DNA from: an uncultured archaeon
GTDB lineage: Archaea; Iainarchaeota; Iainarchaeia; Iainarchaeales; 1-14-0-10-31-34
Direction: 5' to 3'
Length of the DNA stretch: 64,000 nucleotides
NCBI GenBank assembly: GCA_964608675.1
Contig: CAZSOZ010000001.1
Span: 300,049 to 364,048, forward strand
Below the pieces are notes generated by a model. It saw only the letters and a list, made by a program, of their open reading frames with translations, ran no database searches and had not been told where the DNA came from. Position 1 is the first letter of the stretch. Each line of letters starts with the position of its first letter. The position numbers and the translations under genes were made by a program. Of the stretch, positions 49,148-58,693 are shown piece after piece.

Positions 49148-49707
49148 CCCACCAGAATTAATCCAACTGCATTAAATGCCATGTGGCCTAAAATAACAGG
49201 AATTAAGTTTCCCTGTTTTTGATAAGAGTAAGCCAGAAACAATCCTGCAATAAATGCTCCTATTACTTCTATGATTGAACCGTATAAAAAATGAGCTGAT
49301 CCAAACACTAAAGAAGAAAAAAACACTCCGGTTTTTTTTACAAGAAAACCTCTGAAAAAAATTTCTTCAGAAAAAACTCTTACAATTAAATAATAAATCA
49401 TTAATCCCGGGCTTATTTCAACTATTGTTTTGACTGCTTTATCTACTTTGTCTAAGTCATTAAAATTAATCAGAGTTGCAGTAATTGAAATCAAAAACAT
49501 TATTGCAATTAACCCAAGCAGAACTTGAATTAAATTTTTAGTTAATTCTTTTTTGTTTATTTTTTTTATTCCCAGTTCTTTAAATGATTCTTTTATTGAA
49601 TTATTTTTAAGATAAAAATAAGCCAATGGAATCAAAATAAAAATTAAATCCAGTGAAATTACAGCAAAAATTCTTTGAATTATTTTTGCTCCCCTTTGTC
49701 TTTCCAT
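49144..49707 (-). CDS. CPBP (type II CAAX) intramembrane protease
   Basis: [17 protein letters not shown]. Confidence 0.9.
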   Translation of the reverse strand: MERQRGAKIIQRIFAVISLDLIFILIPLAYFYLKNNSIKESFKELGIKKINKKELTKNLIQVLLGLIAIMFLISITATLINFNDLDKVDKAVKTIVEISPGLMIYYLIVRVFSEEIFFRGFLVKKTGVFFSSLVFGSAHFLYGSIIEVIGAFIAGLFLAYSYQKQGNLIPVILGHMAFNAVGLILVG

Positions 49708-49877
49708 TCACTGTAAGAACAGTTTCCGCAGGAATATCTTTCTTTGTGTTCTGCCATAAAAACTCCTGGACCGCATTTGGGGCAGAATTTGCTTTTTCTT
49801 TTTAATTCATTTTCTTTAATTTCATATTTTTCTGATTTTTTTATGTTAGGGTGCTTTTTTCTTGTTTTTTTTGCCAT
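49680..49877 (-). CDS. rps27ae: 30S ribosomal protein S27ae (eS31)
   Basis: [22 protein letters not shown]. Confidence 0.96.
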   Translation of the reverse strand: MAKKTRKKHPNIKKSEKYEIKENELKRKSKFCPKCGPGVFMAEHKERYSCGNCSYSEWKDKGEQK

Positions 49878-49885
49878 TTCTTCAC

Positions 49886-50248
49886 CTACTTTTTCTTTTT
49901 TTTGCTTTCAAGTTTCTTTTTTTCTTTTGCTGATTTTTTTTCGTCTTTTATTTTTTTTATTCTTTCTTTTTCTTCAGCAAAATTTCTTCCTAAAACATAA
50001 TCTAATTCAATTTCTTTCATTTTTTCCTTGCTTTTGTATGCTCTTGCTTTTCCTTTGCAGGTTTTTTCTCCGGAATTCTGTTTTATTTCTGTTATTACTG
50101 TTGATTCAGTATTTGATTCTGTTAAAGCTGAAATTTTTTCTTTTAGTTCTTGTATTTTTGGAGTAGTTTTTATTTCTTTTACTTGGAATTCTATTTCTTC
50201 TCTTGAAAGCAAAGGATTGCTTTTTTTGTTTGTTATTTCTATTTTCAT
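49886..50248 (-). CDS. rps24e: 30S ribosomal protein S24e
   Basis: [15 protein letters not shown]; operon position. Confidence 0.9.
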   Translation of the reverse strand: MKIEITNKKSNPLLSREEIEFQVKEIKTTPKIQELKEKISALTESNTESTVITEIKQNSGEKTCKGKARAYKSKEKMKEIELDYVLGRNFAEEKERIKKIKDEKKSAKEKKKLESKKKKK

Positions 50249-50270
50249 TGAATTTTCCTCCGTTGTTTTT

Positions 50271-50465
50271 TTATCGGCTTAATCTTAATGCATGTTTTCC
50301 TGTTGTAGTGATTCCCATTTTTTTTGCTATTTCTGATTTTTCTGGATTCAGAATTACTACATAGCCTCTCCAGAAGGTAGTAAAGCTTGTGCTTCCGCAG
50401 TTAGGGCATTTATCGCCTTCTTCTATTACTTTCCTGCATTCCCTGCAAGCTTTTCCTTTTCCCAT
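50271..50465 (-). CDS. spt4: Transcription elongation factor Spt4 (RpoE'')
   Basis: ACRECR, CPNCGS, WRGYVVILNPEKSEIAK. Confidence 0.95.
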   Translation of the reverse strand: MGKGKACRECRKVIEEGDKCPNCGSTSFTTFWRGYVVILNPEKSEIAKKMGITTTGKHALRLSR

Positions 50466-50480
50466 TCTTTAACCAACCCC

Positions 50481-51086
50481 TTATTTTTTCTTTTTTTCTT
50501 CTTTTTTTTCTGTTTTCTGTTTTGTTTTCTTCTGTTTTTCTTTTCTTTTTAAGTCTATTTCAAGCCATTCTTCTTTTCCTAATCCTGGTTGTCTCATAGT
50601 TAATCCTAGTTTTGAATTCGGAATGTTTCCTTTCAGACTGCATGTAACAATCCTTGCAATAACTTCGTCTTCTAATCCAAGTTTTTTGTTTGATTCTTTT
50701 CCTATGAATGCCGGGCCTTTTGCATCATAATTAATGTAATCGTTCATTATTTGGCTAACATGAATTAAGCCTTCAATCGGTCCTGTTCTTACAAATGCGC
50801 CAAATTCTGTTATTTCTGTTATTGCTCCTTCTGCTACTTCTTTTATTTCCGGCTTGTAAATTAATGCTTTGTATTCTGTTTCATAGTATGCTGCTCCATC
50901 TCCTGGAATAACTTTTCCTTCTCCTACTTTATCTACTTCTATTACTGCAATAATTACGCCGACACTTTCATCAACTATTCCTTCATATTCTTCTTTTACT
51001 ATTTTTAATATTGCTTTTTCAAGTTTTCCTCCGAATTCTTTTGGCGGAACCCTTACTGTGTCTTTCATTGAAATTATTGCATACAT
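50481..51086 (-). CDS. rpoE: RNA polymerase subunit E' (Rpo7)
   Basis: DTVRVPP..FG, GDGAAY, FGAFV..GP.EGLIHVSQI, LTMRQPGLG. Confidence 0.96.
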   Translation of the reverse strand: MYAIISMKDTVRVPPKEFGGKLEKAILKIVKEEYEGIVDESVGVIIAVIEVDKVGEGKVIPGDGAAYYETEYKALIYKPEIKEVAEGAITEITEFGAFVRTGPIEGLIHVSQIMNDYINYDAKGPAFIGKESNKKLGLEDEVIARIVTCSLKGNIPNSKLGLTMRQPGLGKEEWLEIDLKRKEKQKKTKQKTEKKEEKKKK

Positions 51087-51102
51087 TTTGTTTCCTCCTT
51101 AT

Positions 51103-51489
51103 TTATTCAACAACAATAATCTTTTTTTGTCTTACGAAAGCGGTTTTAAAACCTTTCTTTTTTATTTGCTTTCTTAATTCTTTATCGTTTGTTCCTATTA
51201 TAAAACCCTGTTCTGCGAGTTTTTTCATTTTTTCGTCTGCAGGAATGTTTTCTCCTTTTATTATTCTGCATTCTCTTTCTATTAATTTTTCTGCTATTTC
51301 AGCATTTTTCTTTTTTGTTTTGTTTTCTTTTTTTAATTTTTTTAATTCTTTTAAAACTTCTTCTGGAACAAAAAATTCTGTTTTTCCTATTTCTTTTTCT
51401 ATTTCCCTGAAAACATTTATTTTTAGTTCTCCTGAAGCCAAAAGCATGTTTGTATCCAAAGCAACTTTATTGTATTTCTCCATAGGCAA
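51103..51489 (-). CDS. PIN domain protein (Fcf1/Utp24-like)
   Basis: ALDTN, V..EL, AD, TNDKEL; conserved position between eif2g and rpoE. Confidence 0.88.
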   Translation of the reverse strand: MPMEKYNKVALDTNMLLASGELKINVFREIEKEIGKTEFFVPEEVLKELKKLKKENKTKKKNAEIAEKLIERECRIIKGENIPADEKMKKLAEQGFIIGTNDKELRKQIKKKGFKTAFVRQKKIIVVE

Positions 51490-52666
51490 TTAATCTCCAT
51501 CTCATTCCGTCTTTTTTGCTTACTGCTATTTTTTGTTGTTTTTCTGCTGCAATTGGAACTTTTAATGAAACTTCAATTAAATCTTTTTTTATTGAAATAA
51601 CGTTCCCTATGGTTGTTGCTGTTCCTGCACTTAAAACAATCATTTCTTCTGGTTTTAATTCTGTTTGAATATCTTCTGTTTCTCTTTTAAAGTAATTTAT
51701 TTTCATTTTAATTAGGCTTACGGAATCCGGAACTGTTCCTTTTTTTCCTAGGACGTTCCCTTTCATTTGATCGTTTTTAGTTAAATTCGGATCCATTAAA
51801 GTTTTAACTGAAATTAATCCTCCTTGAACGGCTTTTTTTATTCTTCCTTCTGCTGTGCTAACTTCAATTATTTTTATTTCTGTTTTTTTGTTGTTTATTC
51901 CTGGACTTAATTCCAAAATATCGTTTTCTTCTATTTTTCCCTGAATAATTGTTCCTCCTAATGCTCCTCCAACTAAATCTTTTGGTTTGGTTCCTGGTTT
52001 GTTGATGTCAAAGCTTCTGGCAACAAACATTTTTGCAGGTTTTTTTTCATCTATTTTAGGAGAAGGAATATTTTTTTCTATTGCTTGAATTAATAAATCC
52101 ATGTTTGTTCCAAAGTGTGCTGCAGTGGGAACAATTTCTGATTTTTCGTATCCAAATTCTTCCATGAATTTTTTTATTTGCTTGTAGTTTTCTTCTGCTT
52201 TTTTTCTGTCAACTAAATCAATTTTATTTTGTGCTACTATAATGTTTTTTATTCCGCTTATTTTTAATGCCATTAAATGTTCTTTTGTTCTGGGTTGAGG
52301 GCAGAATTCGTTTGCAGCTATAACCAGAATTGCTCCATGCATTAATGCTGCGCCTGAAAGCATGGTTGTCATTAAGGTTTCGTGGCCTGGAGCATCAACA
52401 AAACTGATTTTTCTTAGTTTTTTTGTTTTTGTTCCGCATGAAGGGCATTTTTCTTTTGAGGTGTATGCTTCTGCTCCTTTGCATTCAGGGCATTTATAAA
52501 AAATTGTGTCTGCATAACCTAATCTGATTGAAATCCCTCTTTTTAGTTCTTCTGAATGAGTATCTGTCCATTTTCCGCTTAATGCGTGAGTTATAGAGGT
52601 TTTTCCGTGGTCAACATGGCCGATTAACCCTATATTAATTTCTGCTTGTTCTGCTTCTTTTTTCAT
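51467..52666 (-). CDS. eif2g: Translation initiation factor 2 gamma subunit
   Basis: GHVDHGKT, RGISIRLGYA, Zn knuckle, DAPGHE, QNKID, RSFDINKPG, WRLI. Confidence 0.97.
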   Translation of the reverse strand: MKKEAEQAEINIGLIGHVDHGKTSITHALSGKWTDTHSEELKRGISIRLGYADTIFYKCPECKGAEAYTSKEKCPSCGTKTKKLRKISFVDAPGHETLMTTMLSGAALMHGAILVIAANEFCPQPRTKEHLMALKISGIKNIIVAQNKIDLVDRKKAEENYKQIKKFMEEFGYEKSEIVPTAAHFGTNMDLLIQAIEKNIPSPKIDEKKPAKMFVARSFDINKPGTKPKDLVGGALGGTIIQGKIEENDILELSPGINNKKTEIKIIEVSTAEGRIKKAVQGGLISVKTLMDPNLTKNDQMKGNVLGKKGTVPDSVSLIKMKINYFKRETEDIQTELKPEEMIVLSAGTATTIGNVISIKKDLIEVSLKVPIAAEKQQKIAVSKKDGMRWRLIAYGEIQ

Positions 52667-52712
52667 TTTTTTTATTCCTTCATTTTTTTGTCTGCAATTG
52701 TCAGACCAAAAT

Positions 52713-53201
52713 TTATTTTCTTATTTTTCCTTTTATTCCTTTTGAGTCTCCTGCAACATCAACATCTCCAACAGTTTCTAAGGACTGTTTTACCATTTTT
52801 TCTTTTGCGCTTTCTTCTCGTTTTTCTTCTTTTGGTTCTGTTGAAAAAATTTCTTCCAGTTTTTTGTTTCCTTGTTTTGTTACCAGCAAATTTACTTGTT
52901 CTATTTCTTCGCTTATAGTGTTTCCTCTTACGCTTACTCTTTTTCTTTCTCCTTTTCTTTTTGGATTAAATCCTGTTCCGCCTTTTGTAAATATTTTTTT
53001 TCTTGCTGTTCCAGGAATATCTTCTCTCATAGGAAAACCTTGTTTGTCGCTTCCTCCCTGAATTCTGGCTTCATATCCTTCTAATCCAAGAGAATCAAGT
53101 TTTATTTGGTTTCCTATTTTTTTGTTTAACAATAATGCGGTTGTTTCAATTTTTTTTCCGTATGCTTTTCCTGTTTTTGGGTCGCTTATTGATATGTTCA
53201 T
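52713..53201 (-). CDS. rps6e: 30S ribosomal protein S6e
   Basis: ISDPKTGK, GGSDKQGFPM, GERKRVSVRGN. Confidence 0.96.
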   Translation of the reverse strand: MNISISDPKTGKAYGKKIETTALLLNKKIGNQIKLDSLGLEGYEARIQGGSDKQGFPMREDIPGTARKKIFTKGGTGFNPKRKGERKRVSVRGNTISEEIEQVNLLVTKQGNKKLEEIFSTEPKEEKREESAKEKMVKQSLETVGDVDVAGDSKGIKGKIRK

Positions 53202-54946
53202 TCTTTTTCCTCCTTGATTTTGATTTCTTTTATTTTTTTAAGCAGTTCTTGTTCTTCTTCTGTTAGTATTCCTTTGCTTTTTTCTAGTTTTTCCATGTCT
53301 TTTTCTGAAATAAAGCTTATTAATTCATCTTCTTTTTCTATTCCTCTGCCTAATACTGCATCACTTATTGAGATTGCAACTTCTTCTCCTTTTTCTGCTT
53401 TTTCTATGTTTTCTCCTTTATTTTGTATTGCCTGCACTTTGCCGATTATTTTTCCGTTTTTCATTAATTTTGTTCCTGATTTTAATTTTCCTTCAATTAT
53501 TTTTGCTCCTATAATAACTGGTTTAGCGTTTCTGAAAACATTTTCAGGCATTAATTTTATTTTTGCAGGCAGTATTGTTTCTGCAAGAAAATCTTTTTTT
53601 GCTTTTTCTTTTTCTTCTTTAATCCATTTTTCATAGTTTTCTATTAATGCATAAATTATTTTTTCACTAAAAAGTTTCACTTTGCTTTTTTTTGCTTGTT
53701 CTTGTGCTTCTGCATTAATTTTTGCGTTGAATGCAAGTATTACTCCAAATAATTTGTTTTTTTCTTTTACTCCTTCTGCTTCAATTACATCTCTTCTTGT
53801 GACGTCTCCAACGTTGGCTTTTCTTACTTTTATTTCTTTTTCTTCAAGCAGTTTTATTGTTGCTTCAAGCGAACCTAAAGTGTCTGTTTTGATTATTACT
53901 CCTGTTTCATCAGATTCAATTTTGATTGCCTGTATTTCTTTTTTTATTGCGTTTTTTTCTTCTTCTGTTGCTTGAATTCTTAATGGAGAACCTGCTAATG
54001 CTTTTTCTAATCCTGGTGCAGCAATTTTTAATCCTGATGCAGCGTGAACTTCTTTGACTGAATCAAATTTTTCCTGCGGGGCTCTTATTTCATCTAATGG
54101 TTTTGGAAGAAGTATTGCTCTAATTTTTGTTTCAATTAATCCTTCTTTTCCTCCTAAAATAATTTTTTCTCCGGTTCTTATTGTTCCGTCATATAATATT
54201 ACGTCAATTGTTTTTCCTAATCCTTTTTCTTCTTTTACTTCAAGTATTGTTCCTTTTCCTTTGCCTTTTACTTCTATGGTTAATTTTTTTTCAAGGAATT
54301 TTTGGCTTAATCCTGCTAAAAACATTAATACTTCTGGAAAGCCTTCTCCTGTTTTATTGCAGATTGGAATTATTGGAATTTCTTTTGTAAAATCTTTTAT
54401 TCTGTCAAATCTTTCGGTTTGAAATCCTTTTTTGTAGGCTTCTCCTACTATGCAGTAAATTTTTTTGTCTAATTCTTCCAGTATTTCTTTGTTTTGATTT
54501 TTTTTGTTTTCTGTAAAACTTAATTCTTTTGATTCCCATCCCTGCAGTTTGTCTATTTTTGTCATTGCAATAATGAACGGAACTTTGAATGCCTTTAAAA
54601 TATCCATTGCTTCTAAAGTTTGTTGTTCGCATCCTTTAATGCAGTCAACTGTTAATACTGCTAAATCTGCAATGCTTCCTCCTCTTTTTCTTAAATTTGA
54701 AAATGCTTCGTGTCCAGGAGTATCTATAAACAGCAGTCCAGGAATCTTTAATTGAAACCCGTATTTTTTTGTGAGTTCTCCTGCAAGTTTTTCTATTATT
54801 TCTATTGGAACTTCTGTTGCTCCTATGTGTTGTGTGATTGCTCCTGCTTCCTGTGAAACAATTTTTGTGCCTCTAACTCTGTCTAAGAAACTTGTTTTTC
54901 CTGAATCAACGTGTCCTAATACAGTAATTATTGGCTTTCTAATCAT
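53198..54946 (-). CDS. infB: Translation initiation factor aIF5B (IF-2)
   Basis: RKPIITVLGHVDSGKT, ITQHIGA, DTPGHEAF, DTLGSLEA. Confidence 0.97.
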   Translation of the reverse strand: MIRKPIITVLGHVDSGKTSFLDRVRGTKIVSQEAGAITQHIGATEVPIEIIEKLAGELTKKYGFQLKIPGLLFIDTPGHEAFSNLRKRGGSIADLAVLTVDCIKGCEQQTLEAMDILKAFKVPFIIAMTKIDKLQGWESKELSFTENKKNQNKEILEELDKKIYCIVGEAYKKGFQTERFDRIKDFTKEIPIIPICNKTGEGFPEVLMFLAGLSQKFLEKKLTIEVKGKGKGTILEVKEEKGLGKTIDVILYDGTIRTGEKIILGGKEGLIETKIRAILLPKPLDEIRAPQEKFDSVKEVHAASGLKIAAPGLEKALAGSPLRIQATEEEKNAIKKEIQAIKIESDETGVIIKTDTLGSLEATIKLLEEKEIKVRKANVGDVTRRDVIEAEGVKEKNKLFGVILAFNAKINAEAQEQAKKSKVKLFSEKIIYALIENYEKWIKEEKEKAKKDFLAETILPAKIKLMPENVFRNAKPVIIGAKIIEGKLKSGTKLMKNGKIIGKVQAIQNKGENIEKAEKGEEVAISISDAVLGRGIEKEDELISFISEKDMEKLEKSKGILTEEEQELLKKIKEIKIKEEKE

Positions 54947-54948
54947 AT

Positions 54949-55377
54949 TTAATCAAGTCCTGTTGAACCAAATCCTCCGTCTCCTCTGGAAGTTTCATTT
55001 AATTCTTCTACAAATTCTATTTCAGGCATTTCAATTTTGTTGAATATTAATTGAGCAATTTTTTTTCCTTTTTCTGCAGTAAATTTTTCTTTTCCGTGGT
55101 TAATTATTATTACTCCTATTTCTCCTCTATATCCTGAATCGATTGTTCCTGGAGTATTCAATACAGTTATTCCTTTGTTTAATGCCAAACCTGATTTGGG
55201 TCTTACTTGTCCTTCAAAGCCTTCAGGAATAGCAATTTTTATTCCTGTTTTAATTAATTTTATTTCTCCTGGAAGAATTTCTGTTGTTTTTGTTGTATAC
55301 AAGTCTATTCCTGCGTCTCCTTGATGAGCCTGCTCAAAATTTGCGTCTTTATTTAATTTTTTTATTTGTATTTTCAT
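54949..55377 (-). CDS. dut: dUTP diphosphatase (trimeric dUTPase)
   Basis: [37 protein letters not shown]. Confidence 0.95.
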   Translation of the reverse strand: MKIQIKKLNKDANFEQAHQGDAGIDLYTTKTTEILPGEIKLIKTGIKIAIPEGFEGQVRPKSGLALNKGITVLNTPGTIDSGYRGEIGVIIINHGKEKFTAEKGKKIAQLIFNKIEMPEIEFVEELNETSRGDGGFGSTGLD

Positions 55378-55384
55378 TTTTTTA

Positions 55385-55948
55385 TCACTTGTGCATTACT
55401 TCCCATTCTTTTTTTGTGTATTCGTGCACTTCTTTTTCGTCAAACCATAATTTTATTTCTCTGTCAGCTTGTTCTGTGTCTTCTGATGCGTGAATTAAAT
55501 TTCTAACAGATCTTTTTTTGGCTTCTGCTATTTCATATGAGTCAACTGTAAAATCTCCTCTGATTGTTCCAATTTCTGCTTTTCTTGCTTCTGTGCTTCC
55601 AATTAATTTTCTTCCTATTTCGATTGCATGATATCCTTCAAAGACAACAGCAATTATTGGTCCTTCTGTTAAATATTCAGTGTTTTGTGCATGAATTCTT
55701 TCTGCTATTTCTTCATCGGTTTGATTTATTTTTATTCCTTTTTTTTCTGCTGATTTTCTTGTGTTTTCTCCGACTTTTTTTGTCCATTCAGGAGTAATAA
55801 CATAATGTTTGTCTGCTGTTTCTTTTGTTGCCTGAATCATTTTTATTCCTGCAATTTTAAGTCCTTTTTGTTCAAATCTTTTAATTATTTCTCCTGTGAG
55901 TCCTCTTTGTATTCCGTCATGTTTAACTAAAATTAAAGTTCTTTGCAT
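55385..55948 (-). CDS. ndk: Nucleoside diphosphate kinase (long form with insertion)
   Basis: [31 protein letters not shown]. Confidence 0.93.
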   Translation of the reverse strand: MQRTLILVKHDGIQRGLTGEIIKRFEQKGLKIAGIKMIQATKETADKHYVITPEWTKKVGENTRKSAEKKGIKINQTDEEIAERIHAQNTEYLTEGPIIAVVFEGYHAIEIGRKLIGSTEARKAEIGTIRGDFTVDSYEIAEAKKRSVRNLIHASEDTEQADREIKLWFDEKEVHEYTKKEWEVMHK

Positions 55949-55957
55949 TTAATCACC

Positions 55958-56143
55958 TTATTTTTTTGCTTTTTTTATTTTATGGTATTCATTTGTCCAT
56001 TTAATGTTTCTTGGATTTCTTTTTAGTTTCAATAAATTTTTTTCGCATTTTGGTGAACAAAAATTAAATGTTGTTCCGTCTTTTTTTACAAACATTAATC
56101 CTGTTCCTTTTTTTATTTCATTTCCACAAAAACTGCATTTCAT
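55958..56143 (-). CDS. rpl24e: 50S ribosomal protein L24e
   Basis: CSFCG..I..GTG.MFV..DG....FCS.KC, WT. Confidence 0.96.
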   Translation of the reverse strand: MKCSFCGNEIKKGTGLMFVKKDGTTFNFCSPKCEKNLLKLKRNPRNIKWTNEYHKIKKAKK

Positions 56144-56158
56144 TTATTTTACCTCCAA

Positions 56159-56243
56159 GACAGCTGTCACTGTCGGCCGGCGTCCGGACACGACATAAAG
56201 TCATGCCATGCTTTTACGGCACGCACAGGCGTCAACAGACAGC
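56159..56243 (-). ncRNA. GC-rich structured RNA element between rps28e and rpl24e (unknown class)
   Basis: 49/83 G+C in 56161-56243 within an AT-rich genome; nested stems GCUGUC/GACAGC, CUGUUG/CGACAG, GCC/GGC, GUGCCGU/AUGGCAU, AUGAC/GUCGU. Confidence 0.6.
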
Positions 56244-56253
56244 AACGGTTGTT

Positions 56254-56460
56254 TTAGGCTTTGATTTCTTTTGCTTCCCTTTCTGTTGAAAGCAGAATTA
56301 TTACGTCTCCTTTTCTTAGGTTTCCTTTAACGTTTCTTCTTTTTACTCTTCCTTGTTCAGGGCCTTCAAGAATTTTGCATAGAACCTGAATTATTTCTCC
56401 GTGGACTCCGGTTCTGCGGATTATTTCAACGACCTCTGCAGGAGTTCCTCTTTCTGCCAT
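56254..56460 (-). CDS. rps28e: 30S ribosomal protein S28e
   Basis: [24 protein letters not shown]. Confidence 0.96.
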   Translation of the reverse strand: MAERGTPAEVVEIIRRTGVHGEIIQVLCKILEGPEQGRVKRRNVKGNLRKGDVIILLSTEREAKEIKA

Positions 56461-56465
56461 CTATT

Positions 56466-56834
56466 TTACACCTTTTTTAATTCATTTATTTTTTTTATTA
56501 TTTCTTCTAATTCTTTTTTTGCACTGCCTTCTTCTGTTAATGCAATTGAAGCTGTCCCTACTCCTATTCCTATTTTTTCTCCTAATTCTTTTTTTGTTGT
56601 CACATAACTGTAGGGAATCTTTTTTTCTTCGCATAACAAAGGCAGGTGCATTACTATTTCTTGAGGATTTACATCTTCTGCGATGAACACAATTTTTGCT
56701 TTTCCTCTTTCTATTGCTTTTGTGGTTTCGTTTACTCCAATTCTAATTTTTCCTGTTTTGTTTGTTTTTTCTATTAATTCGTTTTGTTTTTCTTTCAGGC
56801 TCTTGCCTACGCTGAATTTTACGTATTCTGCCAT
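56466..56834 (-). CDS. rpl7ae: 50S ribosomal protein L7Ae (eL8)
   Basis: GKIRIGVNETTKAIERG.AK.V.IAEDV.P.EIV.HLP.LC. Confidence 0.97.
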   Translation of the reverse strand: MAEYVKFSVGKSLKEKQNELIEKTNKTGKIRIGVNETTKAIERGKAKIVFIAEDVNPQEIVMHLPLLCEEKKIPYSYVTTKKELGEKIGIGVGTASIALTEEGSAKKELEEIIKKINELKKV

Positions 56835-56843
56835 TAAAAATCA

Positions 56844-56883
56844 ACCTCCTTGCAGTCATTTATGACTGTTCATCGTCATCGGC
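56844..56883 (-). promoter_or_regulatory. K-turn in the rpl7ae 5' UTR overlapping the SD (autoregulatory leader)
   Basis: Minus strand GCC-GAU-GA...CAGUCAU/AUGACUG hairpin...GA-GGU: C-helix GCC/GGU, 3-nt bulge, tandem G.A pairs including GGAGG. Confidence 0.7.
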
Positions 56884-56909
56884 AAAATAAGACTTATTTA
56901 AACTTCTGT

Positions 56910-56935
56910 AAAAAAAGCTTTAAAAAGCTTTTTTT
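56910..56935 (-). terminator. A/T-rich inverted repeat downstream of gltX
   Basis: AAAAAAAGCTT-TAAA-AAGCTTTTTTT. Confidence 0.35.
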
Positions 56936-56950
56936 TAAAGCAGGATTTGT

Positions 56951-58645
56951 TTATTTGTGTGCAAACCAAAGGATTACTTTGTTTTTTTTGATTTCGTCTA
57001 TTCTGAAGTATCCAAGCCCTTCTGATTGAATGGTGTTTCCTTCTTTTTCTTTCAGAATTTCTTTTTCTATTATCCCGTGTTTTTTATCTGCATTATCCAT
57101 TATTATTTCTGCAGTGGTTTCATTTAAAATCCAGTTAATTAAAGGCTTGTTTTCCAGTTTTTGTGTTCCTGTGAATTCTCCGAAAATCTGCATTTCGTCT
57201 TTTTTTGTTATCCGAAAATTCAAAGCATGTTTTAATCGCACTACTTTTCCTTCTTCTGTTCTTTCTGCATCTTTTTTTGAAATCAAAAAAGTCTGGCTTC
57301 CTGCTTTAATAGAATAACTTTTTGTCTGGTCAGGGTAATCTGGATGCAGGGGTTTTTCTATTTCCATTTCAGGAATAAAGCTTATTTCTAGTCTTACTGG
57401 TTTTTCAATAAAATAATATCTGTCTGATTTTGAGTCAATAAATTTTTTGTTTAAGTCAACCATTCTGTTGAAATCAATTGTTGTATCAGAACTTTTTATT
57501 CCTATTTCTTTTATTATTTCTTTGATTGTTTTTGCTGAAAAACCTCTTCTTCTTAATGCCTGAATTGTTCCAAGCCGAGGGTCATCCCATCCTTTATATA
57601 ATCCTTGTTCTATTCCTTCTTTTATTTTTGAAGTGCTTAAAATCATTTCCTGTAATTTGATTCTTCCTGTATGGAATGCATGCGGATATTTCCATTCAAA
57701 ATAATTGTATAAAAATTTTTGTTTTTCTGCGTTTTGTGCATGTTCTTGTCCTCTTATAATTAAAGTAATATTCATTTCATGGTCGTCTATTGCTGAAGCA
57801 AAATTGTATGAAGGCCACACATAATATTTGCTTCCTGTTCTGGGGTGTTCGGGTTTGTCAACTATTTTTGCAGCCCACCAATCTTTTAAGGAGGGATCGT
57901 TTGCATTTAAATCAGTTTTAATTCTCAGGATTGCTTCTCCTTCTTTTAATTCGTGTTTTAACATTTTTTCGAATTGTTTTAATTGTTCTTTTTCGTTTTT
58001 TTCTCTGCATTCGCATGCTTCTTTTTTATTTATTTTTTCTTTCCATTTTTCTTTTTCGCAGAAACAAACATATGCTTTTCCCATGGAAATAATTTTTTTC
58101 ATGTAAGCATAGTAAATTTCCATTCTGTCTGAAGCAAAATGCAATTCATCAATGTTTACTCCGAGCCAGTTTAAGTCTTTCATGAAAATTTGTTCAGGGT
58201 TTTTTATAGGTTTTTTTATTTTAGGGTCAGTGTCATCAAATCTTAAAATAAATTTTCCTTTGTATTTTTTTGCGTATTCAAATGAATTCAGTAATGCTCT
58301 TGCATTTCCTAAATGAAAGGGGCCGTTTGGGTTTGGAGCATATCTTGTAATTACTTTTTCTTTGTCTGTCCAGTTTAAATGCATTTCTTCTTTTTTTTCT
58401 CTTTCAGGAAGTTCATCAAATGATTCAAATGAATTAAATTTTTCTTCCAGTTCGTTTCTGTTTAATGAATTTACTTGTTCAACTATTTCTGTTATTTCTT
58501 TTATTTCTTTGCTTAAATTTTTAGCTATTTCTTTGTCTATTGCAATTAGTTTTGATATCACTGCTTTTAATTCTGCTTTGCCTGAATGCTCTATTGCATT
58601 TTTTACTGCATATTTTAAGGTTATTTCTTTCATTTTTTGGTTCAT
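56951..58645 (-). CDS. gltX: Glutamate--tRNA ligase (archaeal type)
   Basis: RYAPNPNGPFHLGN, RFDDTDP, WPSYNFA, IRG.EH, LSTS, GWDDPRL. Confidence 0.96.
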   Translation of the reverse strand: MNQKMKEITLKYAVKNAIEHSGKAELKAVISKLIAIDKEIAKNLSKEIKEITEIVEQVNSLNRNELEEKFNSFESFDELPEREKKEEMHLNWTDKEKVITRYAPNPNGPFHLGNARALLNSFEYAKKYKGKFILRFDDTDPKIKKPIKNPEQIFMKDLNWLGVNIDELHFASDRMEIYYAYMKKIISMGKAYVCFCEKEKWKEKINKKEACECREKNEKEQLKQFEKMLKHELKEGEAILRIKTDLNANDPSLKDWWAAKIVDKPEHPRTGSKYYVWPSYNFASAIDDHEMNITLIIRGQEHAQNAEKQKFLYNYFEWKYPHAFHTGRIKLQEMILSTSKIKEGIEQGLYKGWDDPRLGTIQALRRRGFSAKTIKEIIKEIGIKSSDTTIDFNRMVDLNKKFIDSKSDRYYFIEKPVRLEISFIPEMEIEKPLHPDYPDQTKSYSIKAGSQTFLISKKDAERTEEGKVVRLKHALNFRITKKDEMQIFGEFTGTQKLENKPLINWILNETTAEIIMDNADKKHGIIEKEILKEKEGNTIQSEGLGYFRIDEIKKNKVILWFAHK

Positions 58646-58693
58646 AAAAAAGCCTTCTTTAATTAATTCTCTTGAAGAAAATTAGTTTTAAGT

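Noticed and set aside
49144-49707. CPBP protease as an abortive-infection (Abi) defence gene
   Set aside because: The Abi label for this family is historical; the gene sits in a housekeeping operon
56159-56243. tRNA (including a UUA-anticodon suppressor or tRNA-Sec) reading of the GC-rich element
   Set aside because: A CUUUAUG loop and a CCGG hairpin are present, but there is no T-arm (TTCRA), no matching acceptor stem and no UCA anticodon
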